A DNA stretch of 64,000 nucleotides. Source: an uncultured delta proteobacterium. GTDB taxonomy: Bacteria > Myxococcota_A > Polyangia > Fen-1088. The notes below the pieces were generated by a model. The model saw nothing but the letters and a program-made list of their open reading frames with translations, searched no databases and was not told the origin of the DNA. The position numbers and the translations under genes were made by a program. The stretch spans positions 160,001 to 224,000 of the forward strand of contig CAVWIP010000015.1 in assembly GCA_963755125.1 (NCBI GenBank). The letters are read 5' to 3'. Below are positions 39,647 through 47,041 of the stretch, piece by piece (positions within the stretch are counted from its first letter, which is position 1; each line of letters begins with the position of its first letter).

Positions 39647-39868
39647 ATGCACTGCCCATCCCCGCCCGATCAGCCATTGCTATTGTCAGTCACGGCCGCG
39701 GCCCCCATGCTAGCAGTGAGCACGCGCTACTTGCGCGTGCTCATCTCTAGTGGGGCGTTGCCCGTCGTGCGACTGGGACGCCGCACGCTCGTCCGGCGGG
39801 CGGACCTACTCGCCATCGTCTCGTCCGGCGGGCTGGCCGCCGTCGGGCGCCCGCCGGAGACGGCGTGA
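39647..39868 (+). CDS. Excisionase/AlpA-like HTH protein
   Basis: LLSV..AA.MLAVS..YL..LI..G.LP.VRLGRRTLV; overlaps the primase start. Confidence 0.8.
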   Translation: MHCPSPPDQPLLLSVTAAAPMLAVSTRYLRVLISSGALPVVRLGRRTLVRRADLLAIVSSGGLAAVGRPPETA

Positions 39869-41871
39869 CCGCCGACGCCTGCCCGCCGCCCATGCTGGCT
39901 GCGGCGCTGGCATACGCGGCCCGCGGGTGGCCTGTGCTACCGCTGCACTCGGTGGTCGCGGGAAAATGCGACTGTGGCGACCGGGCCTGTCGGCCCGCGG
40001 GAAAACATCCTTGGAGTACGCACGGCCTATGCGACGCCACGGCGGCCCCGGCCGTCATCCGCGGCTGGTGGGCACAACGGCCCAACGCCAACGTCGCAAT
40101 CGCCACCGGCAAAGTGAGCGGACTGGTCGTGCTCGACATCGATCTACGTCACAACGGTGACGAAAGTTTGCACGCGCTCGTCGCCGCGCACGGCCCGATG
40201 CCCGACACGCCAATGGTGCTTACGGGTGGCGGCGGCCAGCATTTCTACTTTGCGCACCCCGGCGGGTCCATCAAATCACGGGCCGGTCTGTGGCCGGGCA
40301 TCGACGTGCGAGCTGACGGCGGGTACATCATCGTGCCTCCGTCGGTTCACGCCAGTGGGAGGCTGTATCAGTGGGAACCCGGCAGCGGACTCACCGACGT
40401 GGATCTCGCACCCGTTCCCGACTGGCTGCGCGCAAAGCTGGCCGAACCGCCACAGGCGCGACGACAGACCGCCGACACGGGCGGGCCGATCCATGCGGGC
40501 CAAAGGAATTCGACGCTAATAAGTCTCGCTGGGAGTATGCGGAAGCGCGGGATGTCTGCTGAAGAAATGTTGCCGTCGCTGCTCGCAGTGAGCGCGGGCC
40601 GCTGCACACCGCCGCTCGACGAAGACGAGGTGCAGAAGATTGCACAGTCTGCGGCTCGCTACGAGCCGTGGGCCGCGACCGCAGGCGGCGCCGCCGCCGT
40701 CGTCGTCACGGTGGCCGACGTAAAGGCCGAGCGCGTGCGGTATCTCTGGTCTGGCCGGGTGCCACTCGCGAAGCTGACACTGTTTGTGGGCGATCCAGGC
40801 ATTGGGAAATCTACCGTTGCGGTGGATCTCGCTGCGCGCGTGTCGGTCGGCACTGAGATGCCACATGCCGACGGCGAGGCCGCCGCCGTCAATGCACCCG
40901 CTGCGGTGGTACTGCTGACGGCCGAGGATGGCCTGGCCGACACGGTCCGCCCTCGCTTGGAGGCGGCTGGCGCGGATCTGCGAATGGTCCATGTGATCAA
41001 GTCGGTGCGTCTCACTGGCGGCCAAGAGGCCGCGCCGTCGTTGCCGAGGGACAGCGAACAGATCGAAAAGATTGTGGCGGAGAAGGCGGCGAAACTGCTG
41101 GTCATCGATCCGTTGATGGCGTTCCTGGGGTCGAAGATCGATAGCTGGAAAGATCAAAGCGTTCGTGCTGCGCTCGCACCGCTGGCCGCCCTGGCCGAGC
41201 GCACGGGGGCGGCCGTCGTGGCCATCGCGCATCTTAATAAGAAGATCGGCGCGTCGGCACTTCAGCGATCTGGTGGCTCAATCGGTCTTGTTGCTGCTGC
41301 CAGGTCCGTCTTGCTCTTTGGCCACGACCCAAACGACTCAGCGGGGGGGCGGCGGGTTGTGGCACCGGCAAAAGGGAACCTTTCCAGGTTTGCCTGCTCC
41401 CTGGCCTACACCATCGAGGAGGCCCCCCCATCGGGCGCTGGGCGAATTCGATGGCAGGGACGCAGCCAGCACACCGCTGACGGGCTACTGGCCCCACGAC
41501 TGCAGGAGCACTCGGTTCTGGCCGCCGCCATGGACGCTCTGCGTGTCCTGCTGGCCTCCGGGGAGATGCCGGCCAAGCAGGCCATGGGGGCCATGCAGAA
41601 GTGCGGCTTCGCCGAGTCCGCAATCAAAAGGGCCAAGAAGGCGCTACGAGTCGGGGAGCGCAAGGACGGCCACGGGCCGTGGTACTGGTCCCTACAAGAT
41701 GATCCCCTTGACCCCCTTGCTCACCAGGGGGGGCAAGAACCCCCAGAAAACACGGAAGAAGACCAAGGGGACCAAGATTCTCATATGGGGCAGACTCCCC
41801 TGGCCGCGTTCGACTACGTGCCCTTGCCGGCAGAATGCTACCGCGCGCAGTCCTTCGGGCGGCAAACATGA
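39865..41871 (+). CDS. Prim-Pol + PriCT + AAA helicase replication protein
   Basis: GKHP, NVAIATG..VVLDID, TGGGGQHFYF, DVRADGGYII.PPS.H, GQRN.TL..LAG, GDPGIGKS, LVIDP, HLNK. Confidence 0.93.
   Translation: MTADACPPPMLAAALAYAARGWPVLPLHSVVAGKCDCGDRACRPAGKHPWSTHGLCDATAAPAVIRGWWAQRPNANVAIATGKVSGLVVLDIDLRHNGDESLHALVAAHGPMPDTPMVLTGGGGQHFYFAHPGGSIKSRAGLWPGIDVRADGGYIIVPPSVHASGRLYQWEPGSGLTDVDLAPVPDWLRAKLAEPPQARRQTADTGGPIHAGQRNSTLISLAGSMRKRGMSAEEMLPSLLAVSAGRCTPPLDEDEVQKIAQSAARYEPWAATAGGAAAVVVTVADVKAERVRYLWSGRVPLAKLTLFVGDPGIGKSTVAVDLAARVSVGTEMPHADGEAAAVNAPAAVVLLTAEDGLADTVRPRLEAAGADLRMVHVIKSVRLTGGQEAAPSLPRDSEQIEKIVAEKAAKLLVIDPLMAFLGSKIDSWKDQSVRAALAPLAALAERTGAAVVAIAHLNKKIGASALQRSGGSIGLVAAARSVLLFGHDPNDSAGGRRVVAPAKGNLSRFACSLAYTIEEAPPSGAGRIRWQGRSQHTADGLLAPRLQEHSVLAAAMDALRVLLASGEMPAKQAMGAMQKCGFAESAIKRAKKALRVGERKDGHGPWYWSLQDDPLDPLAHQGGQEPPENTEEDQGDQDSHMGQTPLAAFDYVPLPAECYRAQSFGRQT
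41700..41774. repeat. Inverted 9-bp iteron-like repeats at the helicase 3' end
   Basis: TGATCCCCT-TGACCCCCT (41700-41717) versus AGAAGACCA-AGGGGACCA (41757-41774). Confidence 0.5.
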
Positions 41872-41943
41872 CCACCCCTGGCCGCGAGCGTTCGCCGCAA
41901 AACTGCACTTCGTTCGCAGCGCTCGCTTTTGCAGAGGTGCTGC

Positions 41944-42357
41944 ATGACTGAAACCGTGAAGGTGAACCCCGCCGATCTGTTGCGCGTGCTCTTGGCACTG
42001 CCTGAAAGACTGGCAGCGCTCGAACAGGCTGTGCGCGATTTAGCTATTCGCATCGAATCTGGCGAACGCTCGGCAAAATGCAAACTCGTACACCTTCCAC
42101 CAGCTCAAGAGAGGCTGCTGGCGTCCTTGCCGGCCACTCCACCGGGTATTCCAGCACGGGAAGCGGCCCGCCTGGCAGGATGCAACCACCTCTACGCCCG
42201 CCAGCTCCTGCTGCGGATGGTGGACGCGGGCGAGGTCCTGCGATCCGAAACCACGACAGCCCGCAACGGGACGCAACTCTACTGGCGCGCACCCGACGCA
42301 CCAAGCCGCTCATCTGACGAGCGCTCCGCGAGCGGCGCCAGTGGGGGGCGCTGGTGA
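41944..42357 (+). CDS. Winged-HTH protein
   Basis: SD AGAGG; AQERLLASL...AREAARLAG....ARQLL.RMV.AGEV. Confidence 0.65.
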   Translation: MTETVKVNPADLLRVLLALPERLAALEQAVRDLAIRIESGERSAKCKLVHLPPAQERLLASLPATPPGIPAREAARLAGCNHLYARQLLLRMVDAGEVLRSETTTARNGTQLYWRAPDAPSRSSDERSASGASGGRW

Positions 42358-42369
42358 TCGGTTGCCAAC

Positions 42370-42455
42370 GAGCGCTCCGCGCGAGCGAACAGGCCACGCA
42401 AGAAAACGCAGCAGATCGATCAAGTCCCAGAGCGCTCCTCGCGAGCGAACAGGCC
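42370..42455 (+). repeat. 26-bp direct repeats spaced 60 bp apart
   Basis: GAGCGCTCC[G/T]CGCGAGCGAACAGGCC at 42370 and 42430; partial copy at 42319. Confidence 0.85.
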
Positions 42456-42495
42456 GCCCATGTCAGCACCCCCGAACAAGGAAAGGCGTAACCCC

Positions 42496-43014
42496 ATGCC
42501 CAGAACATGCACCATCTGCAAACACCCCAACCGGCACGAGATCGACCAAGCGCTCGTTTCGGGCCGCTCGTTTCGCGACGTAGCGGGACAATACGAAACA
42601 AGCCCCTCAGCCGTGCACCGCCACCGCAGCCACGTCCTTCCGGCCGTGGCCGAGGCGAAGCAAGCCAAGGACGACGCCCACGCCGACTCTCTGCGCGGCA
42701 AGCTTGCTGAACTGGAAGCCACGGCCCATCGGATCGCAGCAAAGGCCGAGGCCAAACACGACCTCAAAACCGCGTTGACCGCCATTCGGGAATTGACCCG
42801 GCTGGTGGAGCTGTCCGCCAGGATGCAGGGCGAGCTACCTGCGCAGCCGGTTGCGGTCACGGTGGCGCCACCGAAGCCGATGACCCTAGAAGAGGCGGCG
42901 GAGATCATCAAGCGCGCCCCTGCCTTGGCCCGACGCGCGCAGGAGCTTGGGCTGTTCTCGGAAGGCGCGACTTCACCCCCCGCTGGTGGTCCAACCTTGG
43001 CCATCGCGAAGTGA
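42496..43014 (+). CDS. CxxCxH-HTH protein, TerS-like
   Basis: MPRTCTICKHP.R.EID.AL..G.S.R.VA.QY..S.SAV.RH followed by helical oligomerisation-like region. Confidence 0.65.
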   Translation: MPRTCTICKHPNRHEIDQALVSGRSFRDVAGQYETSPSAVHRHRSHVLPAVAEAKQAKDDAHADSLRGKLAELEATAHRIAAKAEAKHDLKTALTAIRELTRLVELSARMQGELPAQPVAVTVAPPKPMTLEEAAEIIKRAPALARRAQELGLFSEGATSPPAGGPTLAIAK

Positions 43015-43176
43015 GCCCCTTGCCCCGAGTGAATGACGCCCCACCGACGGAAAACACCTGCGGCCACCGCCGGCAGGGCAGACAAGAAGCACCACGGACG
43101 ATCCATCCTGCCCCCCACTAGCTACCTGTGGCAATGCCCGCAGGTATGCTTCCCCTTTTGAACAAGGAGACCCCAC

Positions 43177-43443
43177 ATGCCCGAATCCACACCCCCCTCA
43201 AGCCTACTCGAACGTGACGCACTGGCGGCCAAGTACGCCGCGCAGCAAGCTGAGGCTTGGCGGCGGTACAAGGATATCCTTCGCCCGCTGCAAACCCTTC
43301 AGCCCATGCTCGCCGATCTGTTGGACGCTCCCCCCCGGCTGGGGGAGCTGGCCGAGGAGGCGAGGCACGCGTTGGACCGGATTGATGCTGCTCGCCCCCA
43401 ACTTGTCGAGCTGCTGAGTGGCCTGGCCAAGCTCACACCCTGA
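43177..43443 (+). CDS. Small helical hypothetical protein
   Basis: SD AAGGAG. Confidence 0.65.
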   Translation: MPESTPPSSLLERDALAAKYAAQQAEAWRRYKDILRPLQTLQPMLADLLDAPPRLGELAEEARHALDRIDAARPQLVELLSGLAKLTP

Positions 43444-43524
43444 CGCTCCACCGCCCAAGTCTGACGCTACGTGGCCGCCCGTACACAGACCGTTCGGCTT
43501 GTGTACACCGATGCACTTTGGTAC

Positions 43525-43552
43525 TTGACGACAGATACCAGTGGTATACACT
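43525..43552 (+). promoter_or_regulatory. Sigma70-type promoter overlapped by palindromes
   Basis: TTGACG-16-TACACT; TACCA-G-TGGTA and CAGTG-N5-CACTG IRs; ATG 43559 at about +1. Confidence 0.6.
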
Positions 43553-43558
43553 GAAACC

Positions 43559-43768
43559 ATGGCAAAGCGAATCAAGGCAGGCGATCCCAAGGTGGCAGTC
43601 GGCTACGTTCGTGTCAGCACGGATGACAAACTGACCGAGGAGGAAATGGAGGCTGCGGCTGACGATGCGGACAATGAGGATCTGCCTGCGGCCGATCTAC
43701 CTCCGGGCCTGGTTGCCGCTCTGGCAGCGGCCGGTGTGAAGACGAAGAAGGATTGGGATGATCTGTGA
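43559..43768 (+). pseudogene. Truncated serine recombinase N-terminus fused to an acidic tail
   Basis: AVGYVRVST catalytic motif, after which similarity stops. Confidence 0.65.
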
Positions 43769-43854
43769 ACCTTGTGCTCTCCTGGCCTCAACTCACCACA
43801 CCCGAGGCGCGGGAACGTCTCGGGGCCTACCTGGAAGACGAAAGGGGACACGAC

Positions 43855-44046
43855 ATGGGCAGAACGAAGACCGCGAAGGAAAAGGGACCGACCGTGCAAA
43901 CCGCCGTCCGTCTTGACCCGGAACTAATAGCCCGCCTGGACGCCATCGCGGGCAAGCTGTCCCGGCCTGGCCTCGAAGTGACCCGCACCGATGCGCTTCG
44001 CATCTGTCTGCTGACCGGCCTGCAGGCCATCGAAAAGGAGCGGTAG
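43855..44046 (+). CDS. Ribbon-helix-helix regulator
   Basis: VQTAVRLDPELIARLDAIA...TRTDALRICL. Confidence 0.8.
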   Translation: MGRTKTAKEKGPTVQTAVRLDPELIARLDAIAGKLSRPGLEVTRTDALRICLLTGLQAIEKER

Positions 44047-44048
44047 CG

Positions 44049-45254
44049 ATGCCTCGCCGCCAGCGTCGAAGCTCATTCGGCTACGTCAGCGCCACCGGAA
44101 CGGCCACGCATCCCTCGTTTTCGATCCGCTGGTACGAGGGGAGCCAGCGGCGACGGCGCAGCGGCTTTCGCACGAAGACCGAAGCGGTCGAAGCGCTGGC
44201 ACGTGTCCGCACGATGCTTGGCGATGGCACCCTGCCTGAGAGGCGGCGGGCGAGCGTTTCTTTCGACAAGGTGGCCCGCGAATGGCTGGACCTGCACAGC
44301 AAGCCCAACCTGCGCAGCCATGATGACAACGAAGAACGCTACACCAAACACGTCAAGCCGTTCTTCGGGGACACGCCGCTTGCGGCGGTGACGGCCGCGC
44401 GTGTCCTGGAACTGCGGGCGAAGCTACAGGCGAGGACCCGAACAGTGGGGAAGGGCAAGAACGCAGAGACGCGCCACCTAGCCGCGAGGACGATCAATCT
44501 CACGATGGCCCTGGTTCGCAGCATCCTGCGCTTTGCCGTGTCCAACGGGCACATCCCGGCATCACCAACGGATCGCATCGGCCGCGGGAAGCTCATGCTG
44601 GCCGTGGACAAGTCCAAGCTGGCGCCGCCCATCGGCACGGCCGAAGACGTGGGGCGCGTGTTGGAGGAGATCCGCAAGATCGGCGAGGAGACGCACCGGC
44701 CCGTGCTCTATGGCCTCTTCGCCACCCTGGCCTACACCGGCTTGCGCCGGGGCGAGGCTTGCGGCCTGCGCTGGTCTGACGTGGACCTGCAACGGCACTT
44801 GATCACAGTGCGTCGCTCCTACGAGGGGCGAACCAAGAGCGGCAAGGATCGGTTGGTGCCCATCCCGGCCGCGCTGTTGCCCATCCTGCAGCAGCATCGG
44901 TTGGCCGACCCGTGGAAGGGCGAGCTGGTCTTCCCCAACGAGGAAGGCGGGATCTGCTACTCGAAGAACTCGAAGCCGGGGAAGTTTCTGGAACTGGCCC
45001 TCAAGCGTTGCGGCCTGCCCCGTATCCGCGTCCACGACCTGCGCCACGTCTTTGCCAGCCACTTCGTCATGTCCGGCGGGGACATCTTCACCCTGCAACG
45101 GATCTTGGGCCACAGCACGCCGCAGATCACATCCGACACCTACGCGCACCTATCCCCGGCGCACCTGGCAGGCGCAGCGGATCGGGTTTCCTTCCCGGTC
45201 CCGGCCGCACCGGCCAGGGTGATCCCATTCGAGGCCGCGACCACGACAAGGTAG
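44049..45254 (+). CDS. int: Tyrosine recombinase / integrase
   Basis: TGLRRGE, TKSG, HDLRH, LGHS, YAH. Confidence 0.96.
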   Translation: MPRRQRRSSFGYVSATGTATHPSFSIRWYEGSQRRRRSGFRTKTEAVEALARVRTMLGDGTLPERRRASVSFDKVAREWLDLHSKPNLRSHDDNEERYTKHVKPFFGDTPLAAVTAARVLELRAKLQARTRTVGKGKNAETRHLAARTINLTMALVRSILRFAVSNGHIPASPTDRIGRGKLMLAVDKSKLAPPIGTAEDVGRVLEEIRKIGEETHRPVLYGLFATLAYTGLRRGEACGLRWSDVDLQRHLITVRRSYEGRTKSGKDRLVPIPAALLPILQQHRLADPWKGELVFPNEEGGICYSKNSKPGKFLELALKRCGLPRIRVHDLRHVFASHFVMSGGDIFTLQRILGHSTPQITSDTYAHLSPAHLAGAADRVSFPVPAAPARVIPFEAATTTR

Positions 45255-45320
45255 CGGCAAGGATTGGGCATTCCGTCCGCTCGCTCGGATGCAGGGCAGG
45301 GACGCCCGTTTCGGGAGTTA

Positions 45321-45343
45321 CTAGGACCTATTTAGGACCTACC
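45321..45343 (+). repeat. Putative integrase arm-type sites (right)
   Basis: CTAGGACCTA-TT-TAGGACCTACC. Confidence 0.75.
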
Positions 45344-45407
45344 TGCCGCCCGCTGGCGCGTCCTGCCGATGGGCGAGAGTCCGCAATTTCCGAATGATTC
45401 TAGGCAG

Positions 45408-45490
45408 TGCCGGAGAGGGGAGTCGAACCCCTAAGCCTGTTAGGACGGCGGATTTTGAGTCCGCTGCGTTTGCCATTCCGCCACTCCGGC
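45408..45490 (-). tRNA. tRNA-Leu(CAA), CCA not encoded
   Basis: GCCGGAG/CTCCGGC acceptor, GCGGA-CTCAAAA-TCCGC anticodon arm, long variable arm, AGGGG-TTCGACT-CCCCT T-arm. Confidence 0.97.
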
Positions 45491-45636
45491 AATCTGTCAA
45501 TAGTTTATGCTAGTTAGGCCTACTTGGCCACCTGTTCTAAACTGTCCGGCGTTGCAGCAGCCGTTGCAGTTCTCTTCCTGTCGTGCCAGGGGCAGTATCT
45601 TCCCCATCGTCGCCGTGAAGTCAACCGCCACGCGGC

Positions 45637-46962
45637 CTGACCGTTGATCTTTGGCGAAAAGTGCGGCATTGGTGCGGGAACTCCGCGAAATGCCTGTGGA
45701 TAACGTCATTTGGACGCCTTCAGGAGACGCAGAGGACGCATGGTGGGTGGTTCGAGAATCAGGGGCACGGAGAGGCGGTCGAAGCGCGCGGAGAATGTGC
45801 CGAGCGCCAAGGCTCTGATGCCGATGGTGACGAAGGACTGACGAGGCCCTTTGCGTTTGCAGCGCAGGCGCAAAGAGGGATCGATCAGCGCGGCGGTGAT
45901 GCCCACCAGAGTCCAGATCAAGAGGGCTACGGCCAGAAGGCTAACGAAGCGGGCCAGGGCCACTGGGTCGCGGAACTGGGTCCAAAAGAGCTTGGCGCCG
46001 AAACGTCGGCCTTTCGTGTCTCGGAATTGCTCCTCGACGGTCATGCGGCGGTCATAGAGCGCCAGCACCTGCTTGGCGGAACCGGGTTCGCTGGTGGCGA
46101 CCCACCACGGTTCATGAGCACCAGGAGCCCAGTATCCGATGATGCGAACCGAGACAACACCGTCGGCACGCAGCGGAACCACGCCGAGATCGAGCACCTG
46201 CCCTGGTTGCAGGAGAATGGCCTCCAATGGTCAACGTACACCAGGCTCAAGCTCGACGTAGACATCGGCCATCAAACGGACGACGAAGCCCAAGCGCAGC
46301 GTCTGCAACAACGCCAGCCAACTCGCGCGACGAAATCCGCGGTCGCACAGAATCGTCGCGGTGACACCCGCCCGACGGGTGACGTCGGCCAGGAAGCGCA
46401 GGAAGGTATTCTCCCGGGTATTCTGCGAGCGATCTCGGATCAACTTGCGCCAACCTTGAACGAAGACGGGGATGGCCCGCTTGCCGGTGACCATGGCAGC
46501 GACCAGGAGGCGCAAGTCATGGTGCCATTCGGTCCAGTCCACAGCGAGCAGGACATGCCGATCCGGGCGACGGGCGAGCAAATCCAGCGACCGCGTGGCG
46601 AATTCAAGATAGTCGACGTGCTCATTGCGCAGCAGCCGGTAGAAGCGATTGACCGCACTGTCCAGCCTGGTCCGCAGCCAGCCGGCCAGAGTCGTGGCGA
46701 TGGCGAACGAGCGAGCCTGACCAGTGGCGGCGATGGCGGCGATGATCAGACCCAGCGTTCTGCGGCGCGCCTTATGAAAAGGGTCGAGCAAGTCGCTGAG
46801 AAATGGGTAGGTTCGTTCTGGGCTCACGGGGAAACCTCCTGCGTTTAGTTGGCAAACCAAACTTCGGAGGACCCGTGGGCCCTTTTCCACTTATTTTTCA
46901 CGCTATTTCGTAAGTGATCGAAATGATCCAGCTTTTTCGGGCTCGATCTGATAGGCGGTCAG
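45637..46962 (-). mobile_element. IS4-family (IS10-like) insertion sequence, 1326 bp
   Basis: IRs CTGACCG-N3-ATC at both ends; 9-bp TSD CCACGCGGC at 45628-45636 and 46963-46971. Confidence 0.9.
45706..46890 (-). pseudogene. IS4-family DDE transposase with an in-frame nonsense codon
   Basis: AVDWT, CDRGF, Y..R..VEE.FRD.K motifs; the two ORFs are in the same frame, separated by TGA at 46231-46233. Confidence 0.88.
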
Positions 46963-47041
46963 CCACGCGGCCAAGGTCAGGGCATCAGCTAGCGAGCAGG
47001 AGTCACGGGACTCGAGTATCACGTCGGGGAGAGGGCGCGCG

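Larger units (their letters stand above)
35137..45460. mobile_element. Element 2: complete 10.3-kb integrative satellite-like element in tRNA-Leu(CAA)
   Basis: 54-bp att repeats 10270 bp apart; integrase beside the intact tRNA; Prim-Pol/helicase, xis, RHH, TerS-like genes; no virion genes. Confidence 0.93.

Noticed and set aside
42319..42455. 26-bp repeats with a 34-bp spacer as a mini-CRISPR
   Set aside because: Only two full copies, no leader or cas genes; better explained as protein-binding sites.
46231..46233. TGA recoding (Trp/Gly/Sec)
   Set aside because: Many core genes here end in TGA (alr, plsX, fabF, clpA, thiC), so the standard code applies.
45661..46848. 395-aa plus-strand ORF inside the IS
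   Set aside because: Antisense shadow of the transposase; no recognisable motifs.
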